64,000 nt of DNA from Candidatus Omnitrophota bacterium (GCA_003140935.1 PLLJ01000011.1:2634-66633), one strand, 5' to 3'. Counted from the first letter of the stretch, positions 21,029-31,414 are shown. Notes: a model not told the origin generated them from the sequence alone. Numbers and translations are program-made.

Positions 21029-21550
21029 CTACTCAAGAACTTGTTTGAAAAACTCGACGAACATTTCTGGCGTGACGCCGGTCGGAAGTTTGACGGGCCT
21101 ACCAGGCTGGGGCGGGTGAAGGAAAAAAGAAGGATATCCCTGAACCCTGTACTGAAACGCGATATCATCCTCGCGCCTTCCGGATTCGGGGTTGATATTG
21201 ACCTTGATCATGTCCTTCATCATATCTATGACAAGGGGTGACGACAGCACCCCTTTTTCGAACTTGCGGCAATAAGGGCACCACCCGACGTTCATGTAAA
21301 CGACCATCGGTTTATTGGTCCTCTTGTATTCTTCGACCGCCTGGTCATACCCGGAGGCACCCTGGTACCAACCTTCGGACCATTGACCCGTAGCCTGCGT
21401 CCCGACAGGCGCTGAAACGGATGGCTCATGCGACGCTTGAGGATCCGCGGCGTAGCTTCCCGGCCCCATAAGTAAAAAAGAGAGCAAAAAAAGTGAAGCG
21501 ATCTTTTTAAAATTCACAAAACCCCCGAGATATTTTTTGTATTCTAACAT
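21029..21550 (-). CDS. exported thioredoxin-fold protein (WCPYC active site)
   Basis: Signal peptide KKIASLFLLSFLLMGPGSYA then thioredoxin-like region with WCPYC. Confidence 0.7.
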   Translation of the reverse strand: MLEYKKYLGGFVNFKKIASLFLLSFLLMGPGSYAADPQASHEPSVSAPVGTQATGQWSEGWYQGASGYDQAVEEYKRTNKPMVVYMNVGWCPYCRKFEKGVLSSPLVIDMMKDMIKVNINPESGRREDDIAFQYRVQGYPSFFLHPPQPGRPVKLPTGVTPEMFVEFFKQVLE

Positions 21551-21683
21551 GGAGTCTTCCGGAAAATACGTTTCTTTTCGAGCCCCAACCCACCTATTCA
21601 TTCGGACAAGGCTGAGACGACATGCGGACCCTTAAAATAAAAAGATGCTCAGTTGCGGAGCTTCCGGTTCCGGGGCAAAGTCC

Positions 21684-22133
21684 TCACACTATCTGACCCG
21701 ACTTCATGAGCCGCTCCAGGAACGAAGCTACGAACGTCATGGCCGCGATCGATAAAAGCGCGATGCCAATCACGACGATGGTCCAGACGATCTTCGCCCG
21801 GGGCGAGAATTTCTGGCTCTGCCACAAGAGAGGGATGGCGAATGGACCGACCAAGAAGAGCATCGCGATCACGTAAGGAATGGTATCTCCTGAAAAAGTC
21901 CGCGGCCGGCCTGAAGCGGTCTGAAAGGCATCCAAGGCCGCAGGGATCATTACAGCAAGATAGATCCCCCCCATTAAAAAACAGGCTACGGCTGTATGGC
22001 TGATGATCAGACTCACCACCACTCCGGCCCCCATACATAAAAACGTCCACCCCTTGGCGCGCTCGCCAAGGTAGATCTGACCGAGGCCTGGAACAACCAC
22101 GGAGTAAAATAAGGCGAGACGAGGATCTTTCAT
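21684..22133 (-). CDS. membrane protein with PGLGQIY motif (DUF5683-like)
   Basis: VVVPGLGQIYLGE followed by 4 TM helices; paralogous motif in 23166..23543. Confidence 0.55.
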   Translation of the reverse strand: MKDPRLALFYSVVVPGLGQIYLGERAKGWTFLCMGAGVVVSLIISHTAVACFLMGGIYLAVMIPAALDAFQTASGRPRTFSGDTIPYVIAMLFLVGPFAIPLLWQSQKFSPRAKIVWTIVVIGIALLSIAAMTFVASFLERLMKSGQIV

Positions 22134-23161
22134 GTAGGAGCTTGATTGCCGGCAGGTGATATTTTCTTTTCGAGAATCTTCCCGCTCCGTTCGACCTGGA
22201 ATGTTTGTGTCGTTCCATCTGTTTGGGCCAGAATCGCACGATAATAGCCCACCCAACTGTCGAGCAGGAGGTTATTCTGTTTGCGCAGGATATCCCCCGG
22301 CAAAAATCCTTCCCGCGCTGCCGGAGAACCGGCGCGCACGCTTGTGATCTTAAACCGGAGTGTTTTGGGATCACGCTCCACATGAAATCCCATATGCGGG
22401 GCATCGGAATTGAGGAAGAAAATCCTGATAGGGAGTTCCAACTCCCCTTCCTTTCGAAGGACCATGAATTTCTTGAGAGATTCACCCGGAATATTCAAAA
22501 AGAATCCGAAAAGATTCCCGGGGGTCACTTCCTGACCCGAGATCTTGACGAGAACATCCCCATTACGAAGTCCCTGCTCATAGGCGAGCGTTGAGGGATC
22601 GGCCCCTGCGATGAAATAATGCGCCGTCTTGTCATCATAATGAAGGTCGCAACCCAGGATCACGCTTTTGATGGCCGGAAACTTCGCCTCCACAAGCCGC
22701 TCATTAATATTCTTGCCCAGCAATCCTTCGAACCTGCCGCGAGACCCGTCTTGCTTCCGGAAGCCCTTGGACGAAAGACCGGTTTTTCTTTTAAAATAAG
22801 CCCGGATTCCCACGACGGTCATGGTCGGATCTTTTTCCAAAACGCCGATCTCAAGCGCGCAAAACCCGCTTGAGAACAAGCTCGGAGCTTTGGCCCATTC
22901 TTTGTACTCTTTTTTATACAGGGGAAATGTCGCGGATTGGATATAACCCCGGGCTTTGTCGGCCGTCGCAATCGGGATCTTCTCGGCCTTCAACGTCGCG
23001 AGCGTGGCATTCCAGACCTCTTCAAAATTCCCCGGCAACGGGAATGAGCGGCCTTCGGAATTCGAGGAAGAGAGGGAAAATCCGGAAAAAAGAAGGTATA
23101 AAAAAAGCAGGCCGCAGAGTTCCCACGGCCTGCCTTTTTTAAAAGAAAGAGCGGATCCCAA
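22130..23161 (-). CDS. exported protein with two PDZ domains
   Basis: Signal peptide; two PDZ-like segments (GLRNGDVLVKISGQEV; GFLPGDILRKQNN) and no protease domain. Confidence 0.65.
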   Translation of the reverse strand: MGSALSFKKGRPWELCGLLFLYLLFSGFSLSSSNSEGRSFPLPGNFEEVWNATLATLKAEKIPIATADKARGYIQSATFPLYKKEYKEWAKAPSLFSSGFCALEIGVLEKDPTMTVVGIRAYFKRKTGLSSKGFRKQDGSRGRFEGLLGKNINERLVEAKFPAIKSVILGCDLHYDDKTAHYFIAGADPSTLAYEQGLRNGDVLVKISGQEVTPGNLFGFFLNIPGESLKKFMVLRKEGELELPIRIFFLNSDAPHMGFHVERDPKTLRFKITSVRAGSPAAREGFLPGDILRKQNNLLLDSWVGYYRAILAQTDGTTQTFQVERSGKILEKKISPAGNQAPT

Positions 23162-23165
23162 AGAA

Positions 23166-23543
23166 TTAACGCTCGAGTTTCTCGCCCTTCATCGCCACCT
23201 CAGGACCCACCGGAACCTTTAAGTAAGCGTCCGAAGCACTCCAGATGTGGTTGAACATCAGGATCCCGATACCCACCCAGATGACGGGATAGCCCACGAG
23301 CGTTCCAAGCAGGATCGTGGTCACGATGCCGCCGATCTCGAGAACGATCATGGCGCCGGTCTTGATCTTGCCGCTCTTGGTGTCCATTTCGTTGTTCAGG
23401 TATTGCCCCCAACCCGGCAGCACCAACGACGCCGCACCGCGGGTCAGGCTCTTGTCTGAGTTATTTTCTGCGGCATAAGCTACACCGCTTACGGCCATAA
23501 ACAAAGCCAAGACCACCGTCATACTAATAATCTTCTTGAACAT
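23166..23543 (-). CDS. small membrane protein with LPGWGQY motif (paralog of 21684..22133)
   Basis: Signal/TM then LVLPGWGQYLNNE then 2 TM helices. Confidence 0.6.
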   Translation of the reverse strand: MFKKIISMTVVLALFMAVSGVAYAAENNSDKSLTRGAASLVLPGWGQYLNNEMDTKSGKIKTGAMIVLEIGGIVTTILLGTLVGYPVIWVGIGILMFNHIWSASDAYLKVPVGPEVAMKGEKLER

Positions 23544-23666
23544 AATCCCCTCCTTTGGTTTATTTTTATGACGTCTCTAGTTATCGACTATTTCCCAAGA
23601 AGTTTAATTGCAAGCCTGGGCCGCGTCAAGAATCACTTTTAAGTTGAAAATCGACGCACCGCGGAT

Positions 23667-25634
23667 CTATTTGCTTGGTATAAGCCCGAATGTAAAACCT
23701 GTTTTTACCTTAGCGATAAGCTCGGGAAGCACTTCCTGATAATCGCGAACGATGCCGAAATCCGCATGGCGGAAGATCGCGGCCTGGGGATCTTGGTTGA
23801 TGGCGATGATCTTGCCGGATTCTTTCATCCCTGCGAGATGCTGGATGGCCCCGGAGATCGCGACGGCGATATAGATCTTCGGGCGAATGGTCTTTCCGGT
23901 CTGTCCGACCTGACGCGCATAGGGTACATAACCGTTATCCACCGCATGGCGGCTCGCGCCCCAATCCGCGTTAATGCCCTGATCTTGTAAAGCCCTCGCG
24001 AGCTCCTGAACAAGCTTGAAATTGTCGTGATCGCCGGCCGGACGGCCTCCGGAAATAACGATATCCGCCACGAAAAGGTTATCGCCGCCTCCCGCCTCGC
24101 GTTTGACCTCGATCACCTCCACCGCGAAATCGCTGTCCCTGAAAGTGGGCGTAAATTCGCGCACGGTCCCTTTCCGGCTCGTGTCTTTTGGCAAAATTTT
24201 AAAAGTCCCGGAACGCGCGGTCGCCATCTGCGGGCACCAGAATCCGATGATCGTAGCTAGTTTGCTCTCCCCGTAAGTCGGACGGATGGATTCGAGACAC
24301 GGATAAAAAATAGTTTTTTTCATGCGGTGCGCATATTCCCCGATCTTGAGACTTGTACAGTCGGCCGTCACACCTGCCTTCACCCGGCTCGCGATACGCG
24401 GCGCGAGCTCGCGTCCTGAAGTGGTCGCACCGAAAAGCGCGATCTCGGGACGTTTATGTTCCATCCATTGTGTGAGAACGGCGGCCACCGGCAAGATCCT
24501 GTACTCTTTGAGTCGAGGGTCATCGACCACAACGACTTCGTCGGCACCGTGCGCGATGATCTCAGAAGCCACATCCTTGATGTTATGTCCGGTCACGACT
24601 GCCGTCACCTGGGTCCCAAGTTGATCCGCCAGTTTCCGGGCGGGGTTCAGGATCTCAAGGGAAGAACGCGCCGGCGTTTGTCCGTGCATTTCGATCCAGG
24701 TTAAAACGCCTCGCGCTCCTTTTCGGAAATCCACTCTTGGAAAATCCACATCAGCTTTGGCTTTTTCCCCCGCGGCGCTTTTTTCATCTCCGGCTCCCGT
24801 ATGTTCCCCATGGCCTCCGCCGATCGTGTCCTTGATCTTTTCGATCTCGGACACAAGAGCTTCCGCAAGGTCTTTGGGCTCATGACCGGAGACCATGTTG
24901 ACCGGCGGCCTGTTTTTTAGAATGTCCACGACCTTCGACACGAGCGTCGGTGAACCATTAAGACCTACCACGCTGGCATCAGCCCCGGTTTGATCAAGCG
25001 ACCAAACCTCCGTCTTGGTGTTCTTCGCACGGATCGCTCCTTTGAGCGAGGGATGGCGCGCCGGGGTCGCGGTCGGGGCAATAGAAATAAGACACGGGAT
25101 AGGAACTTTGAGGACCTGAAACCCCCCTTCGATGATGCGACGGACCTTCAGATGGTCTCCTTTGTACTCTACTTTTTCTACAAAGGTCGCTTGAGGGATC
25201 CCGAGATTTTCGGCCGTCTGGGAAGGCACATGCGCCGTATCCCCGTCTGTCGTCTGGCGTCCGGAGAAAATGATGAACGGATCCTTGCCTTCTTTGGAGA
25301 ATCCGAGTTTTTTGAGAAGCGAGGCGATCGCATAGCCGGTGGCGAACGTATCCGACCCCCCAAGCTTTCTGTCCGAAAGAAGTACCGCGCGATCGTACCC
25401 CATGGCCAAGGCTTTTTTAAGTGATTGCTCGAAACTCATCGGCCCCATCGAAACCACGATCAATTCCGCGTCCGGAACATACTTTTTGATCTGTAGCCCT
25501 TGCTCCAGACCGAACGTGCAGTCCGCGTTGATCGAAGACTTTGCCTTCGTGCGGTCCATAAGCCCGTCCGCACCCATCCGCATCTCGGTCGGAAGCGGCA
25601 CTTGCTTCATGATGGTAATGATCTTCAGTCCCAT
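23667..25634 (-). CDS. fused electron transfer flavoprotein beta-alpha (EtfB-EtfA single polypeptide)
   Basis: N-terminal ~260 aa EtfB-like (MGLKIITIMKQVP...), C-terminal ~330 aa EtfA-like FAD-binding; one ORF, 1-nt spacer to upstream ETF-QO. Confidence 0.8.
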   Translation of the reverse strand: MGLKIITIMKQVPLPTEMRMGADGLMDRTKAKSSINADCTFGLEQGLQIKKYVPDAELIVVSMGPMSFEQSLKKALAMGYDRAVLLSDRKLGGSDTFATGYAIASLLKKLGFSKEGKDPFIIFSGRQTTDGDTAHVPSQTAENLGIPQATFVEKVEYKGDHLKVRRIIEGGFQVLKVPIPCLISIAPTATPARHPSLKGAIRAKNTKTEVWSLDQTGADASVVGLNGSPTLVSKVVDILKNRPPVNMVSGHEPKDLAEALVSEIEKIKDTIGGGHGEHTGAGDEKSAAGEKAKADVDFPRVDFRKGARGVLTWIEMHGQTPARSSLEILNPARKLADQLGTQVTAVVTGHNIKDVASEIIAHGADEVVVVDDPRLKEYRILPVAAVLTQWMEHKRPEIALFGATTSGRELAPRIASRVKAGVTADCTSLKIGEYAHRMKKTIFYPCLESIRPTYGESKLATIIGFWCPQMATARSGTFKILPKDTSRKGTVREFTPTFRDSDFAVEVIEVKREAGGGDNLFVADIVISGGRPAGDHDNFKLVQELARALQDQGINADWGASRHAVDNGYVPYARQVGQTGKTIRPKIYIAVAISGAIQHLAGMKESGKIIAINQDPQAAIFRHADFGIVRDYQEVLPELIAKVKTGFTFGLIPSK

Positions 25635-25635
25635 A

Positions 25636-27321
25636 TTAGAGATTCTCGTATTCCGGTCCGTCGCCGCCATACGGCACGGCCCATTCAATGTTCCCAAACG
25701 GATCTTTGATGTCGCAGGTCTTGCAGTGCACGCAATTGGCCGGATGAAGATGAAGATCTTTTTTCCCGGTCTTTGGATCCGTCACGATCTCATAAACCTC
25801 GGCCGGACAGAAATGCTGGCATGGCCCGCCGTATTTCGGGATACAAACATTCCGGCAAAGTTCAAGATCCGGCACGTGAAGATGGCACGGTTGCTCTTCG
25901 TCGTGTTTGGAACCGGAGAAAAAAACGTCGGTCACTTTGTCGAACGTCAATTGTTTATCGAAAACGAGCTCTCTCGCGAACTTCTTGCAAAATGGTTTTT
26001 TGACATCTGAGAGTTTCTGATAACAGGCTGCATCCTCGTGCGTCTTCATTTTCCCCGACGGCGTGATGCCGCGTCCGCCTGTCAATATTTGCATCGCGAA
26101 ATGGAATGCCCCCAAGATCATGCCATGCCCGAACCCGGCGCGGAAATTGCGCGTGCGGGACAAGGTTTTGAACGCAGCGCTTTCCTTGAACAATTTCCCG
26201 TAAAGACCGAGTTTCTTCGCTGAAAAATCATTTTCTTTTAAGGCGATGAATGCGGCTTTCGCGGCCAGCATCCCGGACTCGATCGCGAGATGAACGCCCT
26301 TCAGGCTGGGCATACTGAGAAATCCGGCGGAGTCCCCGACGATCATGACCCCGTCATGATAGAGCTTGGGAAGTGAGTAAAGACCGCCCTCCGGGATCGT
26401 CTTGGCGCCATATCGCAGGAGTTTACCTTTTTCGAAGATCTTCGCGATGAAAGGATGTTTTTTATAAACCTGAAGTGCCGCGTGGGAATCGAACGTGGGA
26501 TCCGTATAGTCCAGCCCCGCTGCGATCCCGACCACGACCTGGCGTCCGTTCAAGCCGTAAACGAAACCGCCGCCGAAGTGATTAAACTCGAAAGGATAGC
26601 CAAGGGTGTGCATGATACGTCCGGCCTCAAAGGTCCCTTCCGGAAGGTCCCAAAGTTCTTTGACGCCTGTGGAATAAACCTGTGGGTTAGTGTCCTTGTC
26701 TAATTCCAATTTACGACAAAGCGCTTTGGTCAGGCTGCCGCGGGGTCCTTCGGCTAAGATTGTGATCTTGGCGCGGATCTCATTACCCGCCTGAAAATTA
26801 TCCATCGGATGTCCATGCTTATCCACCCCGGTATCGATCGTTTTCGCCCCGATGACGCGGCCGTTCTCATAGAGCATTTCGGAGACGCTGAACCCCGGAT
26901 AGACTTGCACACCTTTTTTTTCCGCGATCTCGGCCAGCCACCGCGTCATTTTTCCCAGAGAGACCACGAAATTCCCGTGATTCCCCATGAAAGGAGGCGT
27001 GAAAGGAGCTTTTAAGGCAAGCTTGGGTGTCAAAAAATAAACACCTTCTTTTTTGACGGGAGATTCGAAAGGAAAATCTTTGGGGTCGACTCCGGGAAGG
27101 AGGTCTTTCAACGTGGACGGATCGATCACGGCGCCGGAAAGCGTGTGGCTCCCGATCGAGCTTCCCTTTTCAAGGACCAGGATGTTCCAGGGAAGTTTGG
27201 CGCCCTCTTTTGGGGGAGCAGAAGCGGCTACAAGGTCCGCAAGATGGATGGCCGTCGCAAGACCCGCGACACCGCCACCCACGATCAGAATATCCGTTTC
27301 GACGATCTCAGATTTGGGCAT
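25636..27321 (-). CDS. electron-transferring-flavoprotein:quinone oxidoreductase (ETF-QO)
   Basis: FAD motif ILIVGGGVAGLATA and C-terminal 4Fe-4S CQHFCPAEVYE...CVHCKTC typical of ETF-QO. Confidence 0.88.
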   Translation of the reverse strand: MPKSEIVETDILIVGGGVAGLATAIHLADLVAASAPPKEGAKLPWNILVLEKGSSIGSHTLSGAVIDPSTLKDLLPGVDPKDFPFESPVKKEGVYFLTPKLALKAPFTPPFMGNHGNFVVSLGKMTRWLAEIAEKKGVQVYPGFSVSEMLYENGRVIGAKTIDTGVDKHGHPMDNFQAGNEIRAKITILAEGPRGSLTKALCRKLELDKDTNPQVYSTGVKELWDLPEGTFEAGRIMHTLGYPFEFNHFGGGFVYGLNGRQVVVGIAAGLDYTDPTFDSHAALQVYKKHPFIAKIFEKGKLLRYGAKTIPEGGLYSLPKLYHDGVMIVGDSAGFLSMPSLKGVHLAIESGMLAAKAAFIALKENDFSAKKLGLYGKLFKESAAFKTLSRTRNFRAGFGHGMILGAFHFAMQILTGGRGITPSGKMKTHEDAACYQKLSDVKKPFCKKFARELVFDKQLTFDKVTDVFFSGSKHDEEQPCHLHVPDLELCRNVCIPKYGGPCQHFCPAEVYEIVTDPKTGKKDLHLHPANCVHCKTCDIKDPFGNIEWAVPYGGDGPEYENL

Positions 27322-27430
27322 ATGTTTATAAGATCTCTTAAGGGGAAATTAGAAAATTGAGGCGGTATTTTAACACAAACTTTCGGGTGGAAAGAGATAA
27401 AAATGCTTTAAAGTTGAAAGCGGGAACCTC

Positions 27431-28144
27431 CTAGAAAACGATCTTGAGGCTGGTCCCCAGGATATTGAGCGATGTCCATTTCGCGATAGCATTCTTGGTC
27501 GATTGACGCAGATAAAAGATCGATCCGTAAACCGGCCCCCACCAGTGGACCTTGAACCCGGAGAAGAACCGATCCTCGATCAGCCCGTTGCGCTGCGTCT
27601 CGAGAAAGGTCTCATTGGCCGTATACGGCTGAAACTCGAGCGGCGTCCATTTCCATGGGGCCGTTAAAGTCACTAGGTTCCGGTACCGCAGTGTAAATCG
27701 TGCATCCTGCCGGATCCGGAATTCCAGCATATTGCGGTCTTCGAGCGAGAACCCCTTGTACGAACATTGTGGCGTCAGATAAATCCGTGGCACTTGGTCC
27801 CAAAACCACTTATCTTGCTTCTTTATGACTCGCGTGTTACGGATCTCCTGATACTCGGCACCCATGGCCAGATATTGGAACGGTTTATAGTCCGCTCCGA
27901 GATGGGTTTCCGCGTAATAAAGCCCCGCATGATTCCGGAACCGCATCTCCTCGCCGGCCTTCATTTTCCACTGGGCATTCAACTTTTTTTCAACATCATC
28001 AATATTCCAGATCCCGAAATCCTCGTCTTTGGATGGCGAAGCGCTGGCTAAAGGAATACGGACCCCCTGGATCAGAAGCAGGGCGATCATAAAAAAGAAA
28101 ACGGCTGGAAAAATTCTTTGAGAATTTCCGAATCGAGAAATCAC
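27431..28144 (-). CDS. putative outer-membrane beta-barrel protein (DUF2490-like)
   Basis: Signal peptide, alternating amphipathic beta-strand pattern, C-terminal aromatic residue. Confidence 0.5.
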   Translation of the reverse strand: MISRFGNSQRIFPAVFFFMIALLLIQGVRIPLASASPSKDEDFGIWNIDDVEKKLNAQWKMKAGEEMRFRNHAGLYYAETHLGADYKPFQYLAMGAEYQEIRNTRVIKKQDKWFWDQVPRIYLTPQCSYKGFSLEDRNMLEFRIRQDARFTLRYRNLVTLTAPWKWTPLEFQPYTANETFLETQRNGLIEDRFFSGFKVHWWGPVYGSIFYLRQSTKNAIAKWTSLNILGTSLKIVF

Positions 28145-28225
28145 GTTGAGCCTATCTTTTCACTTCAGTTCACTATTATATGGAGAGACAGACCTCGATC
28201 GCCAGGCTATCCCCCCAGAGGTCTT

Positions 28226-29260
28226 CTAACCTTTGGCGAGAAGTTCGTTTACCTTGGCCATAACCGCAAAGGCATCGGCCACATAAAGCACATCAGCCTT
28301 TCCTTGGGCCCAGCCGCAATTGGCGTCCGTATTGATCGCACGGCGTTCGTTGATAAAACGCCAGCCGACCACATGCGGTTCTTCGCCGTGGCAGCAGGTA
28401 GAAAGACCTTTCGGATGGCGGGGCGTGGAGCCGGTCTGCCCGACCTGATTGAGATGGCTCATGAAGGAAAGCACCGCTTCCCCCTCCGACCCCTGGTCCA
28501 CGAGCGATTTGCTGCTCCCGAGCGACGCCTTGGCGTACTTTAAAAAATCGAGAATGTGTTTTTCGGCTTCCTTGGCATGAGTCTGGCCATCCGCCTGTTT
28601 CTTGGTCCATCCGGCGCCTGCGACAAGCAACACCACGGCATCCGGCCGGATGGTCTGGGCGTCCGCGGAAGGCGCTTCAACGCCCGTTACTTTTGTGCGC
28701 TTTTCCTTATCAGACACGATAACTGTAATGGCTTCCACTTTCGCGGAACCCTTGGCCCCCTGCCATGGCTGGAACACTCCGGAATCCACAGCGAGGATCC
28801 ATGGCCGCGCCGCGCGCGTCAAAGTCGCCATCATGCGTTGGCGATAATACCAGCGCTGGATCTGCAGGACACCGTCGGTGAACTGAATACCGCTCACATG
28901 CGTGTCGATCGCAGCCTTTAAACGGAACGCCGCACCGGGCAATGCCCTGGAAAAACGGGACGTTGCAGGGGCCACGAGGATTGTTGCGCCTGAAGCAGCC
29001 CCGATCGCCTCCAAAGCCTTAACATCCGTGGCGTAGCGTGAGACTCCGAAATCGGCGCCGCTTACGCCGAACATTTTTGCGGCACCACAGGACGCGATCG
29101 AATCCGCGGCAGCTTGGACGTTTCCCCCGACGAGACCGACCGAAAGCGTGGAACCCGCGAGACCTTTTTGGATCTCAAGCGCCGCGTTTAGCGTTTCGAA
29201 CGCGCTCTTTGGGAGAAGGCCGTTTGCATCCGTATGAGCTAAAAAGAGTATTTTTTCCAT
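28226..29260 (-). CDS. etfA: electron transfer flavoprotein alpha subunit
   Basis: EtfA N-domain plus C-terminal FAD-binding domain. Confidence 0.88.
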   Translation of the reverse strand: MEKILFLAHTDANGLLPKSAFETLNAALEIQKGLAGSTLSVGLVGGNVQAAADSIASCGAAKMFGVSGADFGVSRYATDVKALEAIGAASGATILVAPATSRFSRALPGAAFRLKAAIDTHVSGIQFTDGVLQIQRWYYRQRMMATLTRAARPWILAVDSGVFQPWQGAKGSAKVEAITVIVSDKEKRTKVTGVEAPSADAQTIRPDAVVLLVAGAGWTKKQADGQTHAKEAEKHILDFLKYAKASLGSSKSLVDQGSEGEAVLSFMSHLNQVGQTGSTPRHPKGLSTCCHGEEPHVVGWRFINERRAINTDANCGWAQGKADVLYVADAFAVMAKVNELLAKG

Positions 29261-29264
29261 GGGG

Positions 29265-30074
29265 CTAGCCCTTTATCCAGGTTACGATTTCTTTGGCGAT
29301 CTCTTCAACCGGCGTATCTTTGACGATGCGCGTCTGGCGTTGCTGCTTCGGCAGCTCGACCGAAGCGAATTTAATCGCACCGGTTTTGAGCGCGGCCGGT
29401 TGCGCCTTCTGAAGGGCCGGCATAATGGTACGCATATTCGTCATCCCGACTTGCGGATTGTTCGGAGGTTCCGGAAGATTTCCGGTCGCCCACCCGATCA
29501 CGGCCGGAGCCCCGGCACACGTGGAGACCTGATACTGCCCGCCTTCGATACGCTCAAGGATCCTGAAAGAACCGTCCGGCTGGACCTTGAGCTCGTCGGC
29601 CGAAAGAAATACGTCACTGATCCCAAGCTGTTCGGCAATCATTTGCATCGTAGTGCCCGCGTCACGCGAAGCGGAGGAACAGCCTCCAAAGACGAGAAGT
29701 TTCGTTTTGTCAAGCCCCGGGATCTTCTCGATCGCGCCGGCAAGCGCCACCGCAACCTCCCGGGAATCCATAAAACCGCTCGCGGAACCGTCGAGGCACA
29801 CGAGTTCAAACGGAACCTTTTGGGCAATAATCATCATGAGCTGCTGGAGCTTAGCTTTGGGCCCGAGACTTATAAGTGTTACTTTGCTTCCCGGGTTCTG
29901 TTTGGCGAGATTAGCGGCCTCAAAAAGGGAATGCCCTGCCCACGGATCAAGCACCGAAGGCAGCATCATTTCATTCTTAAGAGCGGGTCCCATCGGTCCC
30001 TGGATCGGCTCTAGCGTTTGGAGCGGGTCCGGCACCAGACTCCCGCAGACTACAATATTAAAAGCTGTGGTCAT
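29265..30074 (-). CDS. etfB: electron transfer flavoprotein beta subunit
   Basis: EtfB homology; 4-nt spacing to etfA. Confidence 0.88.
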   Translation of the reverse strand: MTTAFNIVVCGSLVPDPLQTLEPIQGPMGPALKNEMMLPSVLDPWAGHSLFEAANLAKQNPGSKVTLISLGPKAKLQQLMMIIAQKVPFELVCLDGSASGFMDSREVAVALAGAIEKIPGLDKTKLLVFGGCSSASRDAGTTMQMIAEQLGISDVFLSADELKVQPDGSFRILERIEGGQYQVSTCAGAPAVIGWATGNLPEPPNNPQVGMTNMRTIMPALQKAQPAALKTGAIKFASVELPKQQRQTRIVKDTPVEEIAKEIVTWIKG

Positions 30075-30172
30075 ATTTCCTCCCCTATGAGTAAAAAGTG
30101 CTTAGAAGGCGGACATTATAATGACGGTGCTCTGTTTCGGCCAGCGGAAAAAAGGCCTTAAATCCAAGCAGG

Positions 30173-30940
30173 CTATTTTTCAATTTTTTGGATCGCTTCC
30201 CTGGCATCGGCCTCAAAACGGAACTTCAGGAAATCCTCACTCTCCGGCAACTGCATGAAAAATCCATGGCTCTTATCTATTTGAATGCGAAGTCCTTCCC
30301 CTTGAAGATCAAGCACATGCCCGCCGTGGGTCTTGTCTTTGCTTAAAAAATGAAAATGATACCCTGGGACATTGATCCCCTCCGTGTAAGGCGGAAACCG
30401 AAATCCTACTAGAGTCCCTTCCTGATTCTTAAGTTCAAAAATCTTCTGCTCCTTGATCGCTTCGGTCAGGACCGGAAAAGGCTTCTTTTGACGGACCGCG
30501 CTACGAACCTTGAGCGAAGAGAATTTTCCATCGATTTTGATCGCATAGATCAGATTCTCCGACGGAATGTTTTTATCAAGGAATTCTACGAGCTCCTTGT
30601 AACTCATTGTCCGCCCCGGGGATAAATCCTGTCCGGCTTTGAAAAATGTCAAGGTCGCGAAAGGGCTGGTGTTTTGATCGCTTAAAAGATATGCCTTTCC
30701 GTCCTGTTTTATTTGGTAAAAAACATGATCCAGGACGACCATTTCTCCGTCGAGCGCATCGAGGGTCCCGATGCCGAAATCACCATGCTTTTCAAGGTCG
30801 CGCACGCTCATCGTGCCGTCGTAGCATCCCGCCAGAAGAGCATGGATGGGGGCATTTTGAAAAACAACATCTTTGGGGCATGAGGCATGGACGCAACCTG
30901 ATGCGAATAGAAGCGCGAGGAGTAAAGAGGCCTTCTTCAT
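30173..30940 (-). CDS. alsD: alpha-acetolactate decarboxylase (lipoprotein form)
   Basis: GTLDALDGEMVVLD and downstream ALDC motifs; lipobox LLFASGC; start at internal ATG 30940. Confidence 0.8.
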   Translation of the reverse strand: MKKASLLLALLFASGCVHASCPKDVVFQNAPIHALLAGCYDGTMSVRDLEKHGDFGIGTLDALDGEMVVLDHVFYQIKQDGKAYLLSDQNTSPFATLTFFKAGQDLSPGRTMSYKELVEFLDKNIPSENLIYAIKIDGKFSSLKVRSAVRQKKPFPVLTEAIKEQKIFELKNQEGTLVGFRFPPYTEGINVPGYHFHFLSKDKTHGGHVLDLQGEGLRIQIDKSHGFFMQLPESEDFLKFRFEADAREAIQKIEK

Positions 30941-30986
30941 GCCTTTAAAATCCGTGGGTCTTGGAATGAAGACCGCCGGGGATAAC

Positions 30987-31367
30987 TCAAGAACCGACCA
31001 GAGGAAGCTCTTTTTCGAGTTTGAAAATGACGAGATAACGGTCCTTACCGTCCGATTCTTTCTCTTCATCGCAAAGACAGCTGCGGCGCATCTTCTTCAG
31101 GCGCTCGGAATTCTTTTCTTCGGAGACTTTTTTCAAAAAGAGCCGCTTGCCCTGATGGAGCCCCTGGGATTCGATGAAGAGATATGCCACGTAAGGATTG
31201 GACTGAAGATTGTGATGCGTCAAGCGGTCCGGCATAATGAAGCCCATCGTTCCGTCTTCGAGAAAATGCGGACGGGCATAAATGGCGGCATCCACTTTGC
31301 CGGAACTGTCTGCGGTCGCAAGTACGCCGGTACCTTTCGTTCGCTCAAAATATTCTCGAAGATCCAT
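30987..31367 (-). CDS. pyridoxamine 5'-phosphate oxidase-family FMN-binding protein
   Basis: 126 aa split-barrel flavin-binding-like sequence. Confidence 0.6.
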   Translation of the reverse strand: MDLREYFERTKGTGVLATADSSGKVDAAIYARPHFLEDGTMGFIMPDRLTHHNLQSNPYVAYLFIESQGLHQGKRLFLKKVSEEKNSERLKKMRRSCLCDEEKESDGKDRYLVIFKLEKELPLVGS

Positions 31368-31414
31368 GGGTATCTCCTTTGCGTTTTTAAAGACTGCTGC
31401 GGAACAATGTGCCT

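Noticed and set aside
21649-22485. 278-aa minus-strand ORF overlapping two genes in other frames
   Set aside because: Out-of-frame with the PDZ and membrane-protein genes that have coherent domains; Cys/Arg-rich junk translation
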